DNA from: an uncultured bacterium
GTDB lineage: Bacteria > Bacteroidota > Ignavibacteria > Kapaibacteriales > UBA4661
Assembly: GCA_937899715.1 (NCBI GenBank)
Contig: CALCNX010000089.1
Location: 9,213 to 73,212 of the forward strand
DNA: 64,000 nucleotides
Direction of reading: 5' to 3'
The notes below the pieces were generated by a model. That model saw only the letters and a list, made by a program, of their open reading frames with translations. It was not told the DNA's origin and did no database searches. Every line of letters begins with the position of its first letter. Position 1 is the first letter of the stretch. Both the position numbers and the translations under genes were made by a program. Of this stretch, positions 47,708 through 57,400 are shown piece by piece.

Positions 47708-47873
47708 AGCGGTTTGGGGCGATAGTGGAAAATGTAATGCGGGTAGATTGGTACTAGATTGGTACAATTTCTCGGTTAATCTACGCAATTTGTCCCTTGA
47801 TTTCAAGCAACGATTTCGCAAGTTGCAGTTCGCCACTTTCATCTCTTTTTGCTTCGATGTTGCCACATCAAGC

Positions 47874-49793
47874 ATGGAAACAAGCACCATCAAATGTATG
47901 AGTAAACCAACGTCGCTGTTCGACCGCATCCTGAGCGCCCTTTTTACGCGCCCTGCAAACGATTCTTCCCCAGCCAATGCCAAAGGCTACCGTGAGCGCT
48001 TTGTGGCTCTGCGCAATTTACCACGCTTTTTCGGCTTGATTTGGCAGGTTAGCCCGCCGATGATGCTCACGACCTCGCTTTTGCGCATACTGCGGGCATC
48101 GGTTCCTGTGCTGGCGCTCTATGTAGCGAAGTTAATTGTGGATGAAGTGGTGATGCTTACTCGCTTGCCAAATCAAAATACCGCCCATCTTTGGGAATTA
48201 GTTGCGTTTGAATTTGGGATTGCCGTTGCGTCGGATGCGCTGAATCGTGGAATCGCGCTTCTGGACAGCCTTCTGGGCGATTTATTCACCAATGCAACGT
48301 CCGTCCAACTCATGCACCATGCAGCTACACTGGACTTGGAGATGTTCGAGGATTCCAATTTTTACGACAAATTGGAAAAAGCCCGCAGGCAGACTACTTC
48401 GCGCATTTCGCTGATGACCCAAAGTCTCGCGCAAGCGCAGGATGCTGTTTCTATGCTGGTGTTGGCAGGGGGCTTGGTAGTGTTTTCCCCATGGCTTTTG
48501 GGACTGCTTTTGCTCACCGTGATTCCGGCGTTTATTGCCGAAACACGCTTCAACCAAAAGAGTTACTCGCTGATGAACTCGTGGACTCCCAAGCGGCGCG
48601 AACTCGATTATCTGCGCTACATCGGAGCCAGCGACGAGACGGCAAAAGAAATCAAAATTTTCGGACTGGCTGGCTACCTTGCCGACCGTTACAAAACGAT
48701 TGCCGACAGCTATTACGCGGAAAATCGTACTCTTGTAGTCAGACGTGCCTTCTGGGGCGGTGTTCTGGCAATGCTCGGTACAGCGGGTTATTACGCAGCA
48801 TACATTTTCATTATTGCCCAAACGCTGCTTGGCAAGCTCTCTCTGGGCGATATGACCTTTCTTGCGGGTTCGTTTCGGAGTATGCGCGGCACGCTGGAAG
48901 GCGTATTGGGGCGCTTTGCGAGTATTGCCGAAGGTGCATTGTATCTGCAAGATTTATTCGATTTTTTTGCTCTCAAGCCACGCATTGCACCTCAACTGCA
49001 AGCAGGTGATGCGCCTCTCATCGTGCTTCCGCGCCCCATCCAGCAAGGTTTTTTCTTTGAGAACGTTGGCTTTAAGTATGTGAATGCCGAGCGGTGGGCG
49101 TTACGCAACGTTTCCTTCACGCTCCGTGCGGGCGAAAAGTTGGCACTCGTGGGCGAAAATGGTGCAGGAAAAACAACGCTTGTCAAACTTCTGGCACGGC
49201 TCTACGACCCCACCGAAGGGCGAATTTTGCTGGATGGGCGTGACCTGCGCGAATATGACGTAAACGAATTACGTTCTGAAATCGGGGTAATTTTTCAAGA
49301 TTTCATTCGCTACCAAATGCAAGCAGTGGTCAATATCGCCGTGGGGCGCATAGACGAACGCGAGAACCAGCCACGCATAGACAACGCCGCCGCACAAAGC
49401 CTCGCCGACAGCGTGATTAAGCGCTTGCCCGAAGGCTATGACCAGATGGTGGGGCGCTATTTTCAGAAGGGCGTTGATTTGTCAGGCGGGGAGTGGCAGA
49501 AATTGGGCTTGGCACGAGCGTATATGCGGGATGCACAGGTGCTTATTCTGGACGAGCCGACAGCCGCGCTTGATGCCCGCGCCGAACATGAAGTATTTGA
49601 GCGATTCACCGAACTGACCGCCGGGAAAACTGCCGTTCTCATTTCGCACCGTTTCTCCACCGTCCGCATGGCTGATAGAATCTTAGTGCTGGAAGGCGGC
49701 ACGCCCGTAGAGATTGGCTCGCACGAAGCACTTCTACACGCCGAAGGGCGTTATGCAGAGCTTTTCCGATTACAGCAAAAGGGCTATATGTAG
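47874..49793 (+). CDS. ABC exporter with fused six-TM permease and ATPase (MsbA/CydDC-like).
   Basis: Walker A GENGAGKTT, signature LSGGEWQKL, Walker B ILDEPTAAL, H-loop. Likely start METSTIKCMSKPT; the track start at 47664 would overlap the cydA promoter region. Confidence 0.85.
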   Translation: METSTIKCMSKPTSLFDRILSALFTRPANDSSPANAKGYRERFVALRNLPRFFGLIWQVSPPMMLTTSLLRILRASVPVLALYVAKLIVDEVVMLTRLPNQNTAHLWELVAFEFGIAVASDALNRGIALLDSLLGDLFTNATSVQLMHHAATLDLEMFEDSNFYDKLEKARRQTTSRISLMTQSLAQAQDAVSMLVLAGGLVVFSPWLLGLLLLTVIPAFIAETRFNQKSYSLMNSWTPKRRELDYLRYIGASDETAKEIKIFGLAGYLADRYKTIADSYYAENRTLVVRRAFWGGVLAMLGTAGYYAAYIFIIAQTLLGKLSLGDMTFLAGSFRSMRGTLEGVLGRFASIAEGALYLQDLFDFFALKPRIAPQLQAGDAPLIVLPRPIQQGFFFENVGFKYVNAERWALRNVSFTLRAGEKLALVGENGAGKTTLVKLLARLYDPTEGRILLDGRDLREYDVNELRSEIGVIFQDFIRYQMQAVVNIAVGRIDERENQPRIDNAAAQSLADSVIKRLPEGYDQMVGRYFQKGVDLSGGEWQKLGLARAYMRDAQVLILDEPTAALDARAEHEVFERFTELTAGKTAVLISHRFSTVRMADRILVLEGGTPVEIGSHEALLHAEGRYAELFRLQQKGYM

Positions 49794-49926
49794 GAAAGAA
49801 CGGTCACGCGCCGTCAACAAACGATATTTCCGCACACAAATTCGCAATTCTTGATTAAATTTGCCGTTGGCGCTGAACTCCGTTTGTTCTGCCGCCAACA
49901 CCGCACGTTGATTGAAGGATGCTTGC

Positions 49927-50709
49927 ATGAGAAAAATACGCGTTACACGCTCCATTATTCCGAACCTCTTTACGCTCATGAACCTCTTCGGAGGCTTCAT
50001 GGCGATTACGCGCATTGCATCGGGCGACCTCATGGCGGCGGCGGGATTTATTGTGCTGGCGGGGATATTTGACGTGTTAGACGGCGCAGTTGCTCGTCTT
50101 ACCAAGTCCACCAGTGAGTTTGGCGGTGAACTGGATTCGCTTTGCGATGCCGTTTCATTCGGTGTTGCTCCGGCGTTTATGGTCTATAAAGCGTATTTCC
50201 AGATGCAGGGCGATTTGGGTGCAGTCATTGCTTCGCTTCCGGCGCTTGCCGGTGTGCTACGTTTGGCTCGGTATAACATACAATCCGCAGGAAGCTCCGA
50301 TAAACGCTATTTTCGCGGTATGCCTATTCCGGCAGGTGCATTGACGCTTCTTTCCTATACGCTATTTTATCATTTCGGCTCTCAAAGCCAGATGATTCCT
50401 GATGAATGGAAGCCGCTTGGCATGATGCTCGTTACAATCGCTGTGGCAGCGATTATGGTTAGCACCGTCAAGTATGATGCCGTTCCTACGCCGTCAGCAA
50501 GAGTTATTCGTGAGCGCCCCTGGGTGATGAGCTACTTTTTTCTTGGCGTTGTGCTGACGATTATTTCCAAAGGCGCATGGCTCTTCCCTTTTATGCTTTC
50601 GTATATTGTTATAGGGTTGGTGCGCAGCACGATTAATTTTTTCAGAACCTATAACGACATCGAAGAAGATACTATCGAAGAAGAAGACGCAGACCCGTTT
50701 GACGTGTGA
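49927..50709 (+). CDS. pssA: CDP-alcohol phosphatidyltransferase (phosphatidylserine synthase-like).
   Basis: CDP-OH_P_transf motif DVLDGAVARLTKSTSEFGGELDSLCDAVSFGVAPA. Six TM helices. 260 aa. Confidence 0.8.
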   Translation: MRKIRVTRSIIPNLFTLMNLFGGFMAITRIASGDLMAAAGFIVLAGIFDVLDGAVARLTKSTSEFGGELDSLCDAVSFGVAPAFMVYKAYFQMQGDLGAVIASLPALAGVLRLARYNIQSAGSSDKRYFRGMPIPAGALTLLSYTLFYHFGSQSQMIPDEWKPLGMMLVTIAVAAIMVSTVKYDAVPTPSARVIRERPWVMSYFFLGVVLTIISKGAWLFPFMLSYIVIGLVRSTINFFRTYNDIEEDTIEEEDADPFDV

Positions 50710-50824
50710 AAGCCTTTTTGCCTCGTGATAAAGTAGCTAGAGATTTTTGCGTTTGCCTGAGGAAAGTCGCATATTTGCGTTTGAGATATACACCATTAGA
50801 CCTCATCTTTATAGGTTTTTCGAT

Positions 50825-51031
50825 ATGTTACAAACAGTTCAAGGCGTTCTGAACCCTGATGGCAATATTCTTCTGCTTGAGGAAGTTATTACTTCGCATC
50901 CGGTGAGAGTATTGGTAACAGTGCTGGACGACGAACCCAGCCTTGCCGTGATGAGTGAGCAGTCGCTGGCTCAGGACTGGCTCAACGACGCAGAGGAGGA
51001 AGCATGGCTCCATCTTCAAGTGGCGCAATAG
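50825..51031 (+). CDS. Small antitoxin-like protein (AF2212/DUF104-like) paired with a MazF toxin.
   Basis: 68 aa. The pattern MLQTVQGVLNPDGNILLLEEV…PVRVLVTV resembles DUF104 antitoxins. Its 3' end overlaps the toxin gene by 28 nt. Confidence 0.5.
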   Translation: MLQTVQGVLNPDGNILLLEEVITSHPVRVLVTVLDDEPSLAVMSEQSLAQDWLNDAEEEAWLHLQVAQ

Positions 51032-51354
51032 TGCTTGTGCAGTTTCCATTTTCCAATCTTGCACAATCGAAATTACGTCCTGCATTGGTGATGGCAGCAT
51101 CGCACGTAAATGATTGGATTTTGTGCCAAATTACAAGCAATCCTTACGCTGACCCGCTAGCAATCGAAATTTTGAAGTCTGATTTTGCGATTGGTTCTTT
51201 ACACCGCACAAGTTATGCTCGCCCCGATAAACTGTTTACTGCAAGCGAGCAAATTTTTACCGCAGAAGTCGGCAAACTATCAAAAACTAAATTTCTATCC
51301 ATTGCTAATGCCGTTAAGCGCATTATTGATGAAGGAATCGTTATGTACCGATAG
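51004..51354 (+). CDS. Type II toxin, PemK/MazF family endoribonuclease.
   Basis: GAIVLVQFPFSNLAQSKLRPALVM… resembles the conserved MazF/PemK N-terminal strand and loop. 116 aa. Confidence 0.7.
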   Translation: MAPSSSGAIVLVQFPFSNLAQSKLRPALVMAASHVNDWILCQITSNPYADPLAIEILKSDFAIGSLHRTSYARPDKLFTASEQIFTAEVGKLSKTKFLSIANAVKRIIDEGIVMYR

Positions 51355-51412
51355 AATGCAAGTACATTTCAAGTAATCAACTCCTAATAACTAAAAAACG
51401 CACACAATCCAA

Positions 51413-51667
51413 ATGACCAACTACCGCGCCGCTATCCGTATTCAGCTCCGCAAACAAATCCTTGATGTGCAGGGTAAAACTGTCGAACACGCACTTCATT
51501 CACTGGCTTTCCAGAATATAAGCGATGTTCACATCGGCAAATATGTCGAATTGACCGTAGCCGCAGCAAGTAAAGATGCGGCTTTGGAACAAGTCAAAGA
51601 TGCTTGCTCCAAACTTATCGCCAACCCGATAATGGAAGATTTTCATATAGACCTCGTGGAAGCATGA
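51413..51667 (+). CDS. purS: Phosphoribosylformylglycinamidine synthase subunit PurS.
   Basis: 84 aa with a typical PurS sequence (…IQLRKQILDVQGKTVEHALHSL…). It overlaps the next gene by 4 nt (ATGA). Confidence 0.85.
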   Translation: MTNYRAAIRIQLRKQILDVQGKTVEHALHSLAFQNISDVHIGKYVELTVAAASKDAALEQVKDACSKLIANPIMEDFHIDLVEA

Positions 51668-52122
51668 GTACGGCTCGTACCACCGAAGAACTTACTGAAA
51701 AACGGCGCTTCTTGAAACAGGTGCTCGTTGGTGCAAGCGCCGCATATATTTTTGCACCGCTCTATGCAGTCTGGCGCTATCTTGTGTCGCCTTCCGAAAA
51801 GCATGTACCGATTGCGCCGCTGACACTAAAATCCGATGAATTAGCGCAAAAGCGTTTCACCTTTCTGCGCTTTGGCGACAAAAACGTCATCGTTCGCCGC
51901 GACAATGACGCTTTGCGGGCATTCAATTTGCGCTGTACCCATGCGGGTTGCACGGTCGAATGGCAGAACGGGGCGCAAAAATTTGTCTGTAACTGTCATG
52001 GTGCAGAATTTCACGCCGACGGCACGGTGGCAAAACTCCCCGCCACAGAGCCTCTCGAAGAACTCACGATTCGCACCGACCAAGGTGTTGCAACGCTTTT
52101 CGACGAAGCAAAGCAGCGCTGA
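51664..52122 (+). CDS. Membrane-anchored Rieske [2Fe-2S] protein (PetC-like) with a Tat-like N-terminus.
   Basis: RRFLKQVLVGASAAYIF signal-anchor. Cluster-binding boxes CTHAGCTV and CNCHGAEF at about 17-residue spacing. Confidence 0.8.
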   Translation: MSTARTTEELTEKRRFLKQVLVGASAAYIFAPLYAVWRYLVSPSEKHVPIAPLTLKSDELAQKRFTFLRFGDKNVIVRRDNDALRAFNLRCTHAGCTVEWQNGAQKFVCNCHGAEFHADGTVAKLPATEPLEELTIRTDQGVATLFDEAKQR

Positions 52123-52158
52123 AAAGCAGTGCGATGTTCCCCACAATAATCCCGAAAT

Positions 52159-52485
52159 ATGGCAAAACTTACGTCACTATCGGACTTACAGGCGCTTCTG
52201 CCGGACGATTTTGTTCCACAGACTGAAGAGAAGCCCACGCTCAAACAAGGCTACGACGGCAAGGCGCAGCGCTTGCGTGTTACGACGGAAAAACGTGCAA
52301 ACAAGACTGTTACACTCGTGCGTGGCTTTCAATCGAACCCCGAAGAGCTTAATGCACTCGTGGGAGCGCTCAAGAAGCAGTGTGGAGCAGGCGGACGTGT
52401 ACTGGACAATGAAATCGAATTGCAAGGCGACCACCGCACAAAAGCCGCATCATTCCTTGCGAAACAGGGCTTTGCTGTGCAATAA
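52159..52485 (+). CDS. yciH: Translation initiation factor SUI1/YciH.
   Basis: 108 aa; the SUI1 fold region KRANKTVTLVRGF…LKKQCGAGG is typical. Confidence 0.85.
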   Translation: MAKLTSLSDLQALLPDDFVPQTEEKPTLKQGYDGKAQRLRVTTEKRANKTVTLVRGFQSNPEELNALVGALKKQCGAGGRVLDNEIELQGDHRTKAASFLAKQGFAVQ

Positions 52486-52512
52486 TCTCTCCCATTTCCC
52501 CTTTTTGCTCCC

Positions 52513-52866
52513 ATGATTATTCTCCCCGAATCCGATGATACCTTGCTTCACGAGTGTGAGATTCAAACGTTCCGTTCCGGCGGCAAAGGTGGGCAAAATG
52601 TCAATAAAGTCGAGACCGGAGTACGCCTCATACACCACCCAAGCGGTCTTATTGCACAATCCACCACCGAGCGTAGCCAATATCTAAACAAAAAGCGATG
52701 CCTCAAAAAACTCCGTCTGCGTGCCGCAGCGCTGAATTATCGTGCACCGGAGCGCATTGCCACAAAGGTTCCCGGCTCTGCCAAACGCGAGAATCACAAA
52801 CGCAAACGCCTTCAATCATCAAAAAAATCCCTCCGCAAGCGCCCCTCGTGGTCGGATGACGAATAA
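52513..52866 (+). CDS. arfB: Alternative ribosome-rescue factor ArfB (peptidyl-tRNA hydrolase with GGQ motif).
   Basis: GGQ motif [18 protein letters not shown] and a basic C-terminal tail ([20 protein letters not shown]). Confidence 0.8.
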   Translation: MIILPESDDTLLHECEIQTFRSGGKGGQNVNKVETGVRLIHHPSGLIAQSTTERSQYLNKKRCLKKLRLRAAALNYRAPERIATKVPGSAKRENHKRKRLQSSKKSLRKRPSWSDDE

Positions 52867-52952
52867 GCGCAAAAGATACGAAAAGCCCTGGGGCTGCTCT
52901 TACTCAAGAATTATTGAAATCATCATGTTTTATCCGCAAACCTTCCGTTCCC

Positions 52953-54371
52953 ATGAGTCCCTTCCTTCCTCCCCAAATAGCTGTACTGTTTGCCTTGCTG
53001 CTTTTAGCAGGGTGCAATAAAACAAGCAAAGAAAGCGGTGCTGCCATGCAAGCTACAAATGACGACAAGCGGTATCTGCCGCAAAAATATGTTGAGCTTA
53101 AACACCCCGAATGGAGCAAGAATGCGACCATTTACGAGGTTAATTTGCGTCAGTACACGCCCGAAGGTACAATCAAAGCGTTTGAGACACATCTGCCGCG
53201 CTTAAAAGAATTAGGTGTAGATATTATTTGGCTCATGCCGATTCACCCGATTGGCATAAAGAACAGAAAAGGAACGATGGGAAGTTATTATTCCGTCAAG
53301 GATTACTACGGCTTAAATCCTGAATTTGGGACAATGGATGAATTTAAGGCACTGGTCAAAAAGATTCACTCTATGGGAATGTACGTGATTATTGACTGGG
53401 TTGCGAATCACTCCGCATGGGATAACTCCTTAGTCCAGGAGCATCCCGAATGGTATTCAAAATCTATCGAAGGTCATTTTCAGCCGACACCGTGGTATGA
53501 TTGGGAAGATATTATTGACTTCGACTACGAGCAGCCGGGCTTGCGGAAATACATGACTGGTGCTTTGAAGTATTGGGTAAAAGAAACCGACATTGACGGC
53601 TACCGATGCGACGTGGCGGGTTTTATTCCTGTGGACTTTTGGGATAATGCTCGCACGGAATTAGACCAAATCAAGCCTGTTTTTATGCTTGCAGAATGGG
53701 AATCACGCGACCTCCACAAAAAAGCCTTCGATATGACCTACGCTTGGAGCCTTTGGGACAAAATGCGTGATGCAACCACAGGCGGCAAGAACATTGACGG
53801 GCTGGTGGAATATATGGCGCACCATGTCAGCACATTCCCCGATGACGGCTACCGCATGACCTTTACGGATAATCACGACAAAAACTCATGGGAAGGGAAT
53901 CAGTACTCCAATTTCGGCGATGGACTGGAAGCCGCAATGGTATTTGCCTCGGTCGTGAGCGGAATGCCACTTGTTTATAGCGGACAAGAAGCAGGCTTAG
54001 GCAGGTCATTAGCATTTTTTGAAAAAGATACGATTCAGTGGAAATCGCACCGAAACACGGAGTTGTACAAAACGCTATTCGCCCTGAAGCACAATAACCA
54101 AGCGCTCTGGAATGGCTCGCACGGCGGTGTGATGACGAGAATATATAACGATAAAATGAAACAGGTGATTTCGTTTGCCCGCGAAAAAAATGGCGACAAA
54201 GTGCTGCCAATTATCAATTTCAGCGACAAGCCAGTAAACGTAATTCTGCAAACAAAGTACCACATCGGCACATATACCGACCTTTTCACCAATAAAAAAT
54301 ATGATCTGAAAGGGAACGATGAGATTGCGCTTGCTCCGTGGGGCTATCTTGTATTAACCCAAGACAAGTAG
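52953..54371 (+). CDS. GH13 alpha-amylase-family glycoside hydrolase lipoprotein.
   Basis: Lipobox AVLFALLLLAGCNK. GH13 catalytic regions DWVANHS, GYRCDVAGF, EWESRD, FTDNHD. ATG at 52953; the track start is TTG. Confidence 0.85.
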   Translation: MSPFLPPQIAVLFALLLLAGCNKTSKESGAAMQATNDDKRYLPQKYVELKHPEWSKNATIYEVNLRQYTPEGTIKAFETHLPRLKELGVDIIWLMPIHPIGIKNRKGTMGSYYSVKDYYGLNPEFGTMDEFKALVKKIHSMGMYVIIDWVANHSAWDNSLVQEHPEWYSKSIEGHFQPTPWYDWEDIIDFDYEQPGLRKYMTGALKYWVKETDIDGYRCDVAGFIPVDFWDNARTELDQIKPVFMLAEWESRDLHKKAFDMTYAWSLWDKMRDATTGGKNIDGLVEYMAHHVSTFPDDGYRMTFTDNHDKNSWEGNQYSNFGDGLEAAMVFASVVSGMPLVYSGQEAGLGRSLAFFEKDTIQWKSHRNTELYKTLFALKHNNQALWNGSHGGVMTRIYNDKMKQVISFAREKNGDKVLPIINFSDKPVNVILQTKYHIGTYTDLFTNKKYDLKGNDEIALAPWGYLVLTQDK

Positions 54372-54399
54372 GATTGGAGTGCCGCGACAAAGGTAGCGC

Positions 54400-54436
54400 A
54401 AAAAAGGGCTTGCAGACAGCATCTGCAAGCCCTTTG
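54400..54436. terminator. Bidirectional terminator between the GH13 gene and the convergent large T9SS-sorted protein gene.
   Basis: AAAAGGGCTTGCAGA-cagca-TCTGCAAGCCCTTTG: an 11-bp stem flanked by A and T tracts. Confidence 0.65.
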
Positions 54437-54463
54437 CTTTGCCAATCATTTTTTGTCAATACG

Positions 54464-57400
54464 TTACCGTGCAATCATCATTCGCACACTGGCGCGAATG
54501 TTCTCACCCACAATCCGCACCAGATATACACCGACGGGAAGGTTATGTGCATCCAGTTGAAGCGTTGTGTTGGCAGCTGTTACATCGGTCTCAAAGACTT
54601 CTTCGCCACGCATATTCACAACAGATAAACGCGCTGCACCGCTAAAGGACGGAATTTGGATAAATGCCGCATCCGAAGCCGGATTTGGCGCTACGCCAAG
54701 CGTCTGCACGAGCGATACGCCACCAGAAACGCTTGTCAGTACAGCGCTCACAGGCTTTTGCAAGATAATAGATTTCTCAATGGCGGCAGGCTGCTCGGCG
54801 AGAACCTTCGCCGTGGCGCTTTCATAGCCCGGCTTATCCACTATGAGTGTGTACAAGCCATGCTCTACCATGCCCGCATCAAAACGCCCTTGCTTATCGG
54901 TAACAGTTTGGGAGACAACACTGCCTTCTTTATCCGTCAGATAGACTGATGCACCCAAAACGCTTGCCCCGTTGAAACCTGCTTCGCTGCTCACGGAGCC
55001 GGAAACTGTTGCCACAACTGCCGTTGCCGTTGGGCGGCGCGGTGCGAGAGCAATAGTAATGCGCTCCGTGCTTGTTGCGCCGACGTTCAATCTCGCTGCA
55101 TCGCGCCAGCGTGTGGTGGCGGTTGTTCCTGCAACATAATAACCGGAAGCAAAGTCTCGTTCGTTGTTTGGGAATGCCTGTAAGACATATTCACCGGGCG
55201 TAAGATTACGCACAGTAAACGTGCCTGTGCTGTCCACATTTTCCGTGCGGACTTCCAGCGAAGCATATTGAGGCGTATTGGCGGTGGTAGCGGTCATAAA
55301 CACCGTGATGCGCCCCGGTATTGCAACACCGCTTGTACTCTGTACTTTCCCTGTAATGGCATTATTGAACGTTGGGCGCTCTTGCAGTGCAAAATTGATT
55401 CCCGTCAAATCGCTCGTAAGCCTGAAACGACGGGCTTCGGCGAGATTAAGCGTATTATCGTAATACATCGGGAGCAATTGCGGCGGTCGCACGGTTGCGG
55501 TTGTGGGTCGCGGCTCATCGGGCAGCGCACGAATCGTGAAAATATAGCGATTGTCGAGCTGCGTGAGGCGGTAATTACCTTGCGCGTCAGTGCGAACCGT
55601 GCGGCGAATAATACCGCCATTGACCAAAGTCGGGTCGGCATCACCGACTGCCTCAACCATTCCCGCCACCGGAGCACCATCGGCGCGGCGTGTTACCCGT
55701 CCGCTGATGGCAAAAAACTGCGCAGCTGGACGATGTTGGACAACGACTGAGCGCGTAAGCGTATCGCCGCAGCGTACAGTAATTTGCACTGCACGCTCAG
55801 GCGTGGAAACGGTCGCAATCGTACTTGCGGCTGTACCTGCGAACCATACATCATTGAAATCAGAACCAGAGAAGCTCAAAATATATGCTCCTGCGCCGAC
55901 GGGCATAGAGTACACGCCATTGCGAATGGTGGCTGTATAGTACAATGCCGAGCCGCCAATCGATGCAGCAGTAACATTGGCTACAAGTGCTCGCGCAGTA
56001 CCACTTACGACCACTGCTCCATCAGTATAACGCGCTGTCCCTTGCAGAACGCCACAAAGTGCTGCACGGGCATTTCCTGAAAAGCGCTGTCGGGCTTCTG
56101 CGGGGCGAGGTGTGCCGTTTGGCAAACGCGCAATAATTTCAAACGTGAACTGACCCGCAATCGTCGGAGTCCAGCGAACATCACCCGTGAGCGAATCAAT
56201 CTGAGTACCCGTAGGTGCTGTGCCAAGCGAATACGTAATCGTTGCCGTTGTAGGGCGGGAAGCCTCTGCGCGGGCGCGGTAAACAAACTCGCGTCCAACA
56301 TCCACAAAGACTGAACCCGGTTCTGTGGTAAAGCGCAGGGTAATTGGAGCAAGGGCAACATTCACCTGATAGGTCTGCGTGGTGCTGAGTGTCGGATTGT
56401 CCTTGAGTGCTGCACGGATGCTTATCGTGAGTAATCCATTGGTCGCTACCGTCCAGCGCACTGTTCCACGCGTGGCATCAATTGTCATACCTTGCGGAGG
56501 ATTGATAAGACTAAAGGTGAAGGCAGATGCCGCAACTGTGGTAATAGGATTCGGAACACTATCTGGGCGGGTAACAATAGCCACAAGCGAATTCAAATTG
56601 CCGTAAGCAACGACCGGCTGATAAACATAATTCTGTCCTACAGTGACGCTACGAGGCGGTTGCGAAGTAAAGAGCATTTGCGGCATTGAGACTCGTATGC
56701 GGAAATCTTGTGTAACCGTTTGCGTGGTGGAACCGCCGACCACACTTGCCCGTAGCAGAATGCGAACGGTTGCCGTTGTGGGAAGGCTCGTAGGCTGCCA
56801 GCGTACAATGCCGGAATTAGCATCAACCGTCATACCGCTTGGCGCATCCACGAGCGTATAGCTCATCGGGACACGTTGCGTGATGGGCACAATAGTCACC
56901 TCGCCCGGGCGGGAACCAGTTTGGATATTTGCCCCTTGCAAGGCAGCAATAGCGTTATAGATGTACCCCTGCCCCACAAATGCTTCGGTTGGAGGATTTG
57001 TAACAAAAATAGGACGGGGTTCTGTAACGCGGATTTCGACATTTTGCGTAGCGCTTGCTGTGGGAACAGTTGTGGAAGCCGCGCGAATACTGAATTGAAC
57101 TATTCCCGAAGCACTTGGAGTCCAACGCACCGTTCCACGTGTCGCATCAATCGTCATTCCTTGCGGAGCACCGATGAGGCTGTATTGAATTGCCCCTGTT
57201 TGTGTACGCGGCGGTGTTGCCAAAACGGGGTCAACACCGTAATATGCGAATGCCTGATAGGTGTACGGAGCGCCGACCGATGCCGTGCGAGAGGCTTCTC
57301 CCACAAAACGAACTGTGGGCTGCGCAGCACTTTCGGGAATAACGGTAATGTTAAATGTTTGTGTTACATTCTGATTTGCGTTGGTAGCCATAGCAGCACG

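Noticed and set aside
47664-47873. The ORF-track start of the ABC exporter at 47664 and the upstream extension of cydA to 47983, which would make the two divergent genes overlap by about 320 nt.
   Set aside because: Both N-terminal extensions lack protein-like composition. The conserved CydA N-terminus begins at 47707, and the ABC N-terminus plausibly begins at METSTIKC. The overlap is an artefact of longest-ORF calling.
54376-54400. GGAGTGCCGCG just after the GH13 stop, resembling the copper-island repeat's left arm.
   Set aside because: There is no matching right arm (TTCCGCACTCC) downstream. The adjacent sequence is a conventional GGGCTTGCAGA/TCTGCAAGCCC terminator hairpin. Judged a chance 7-mer match.
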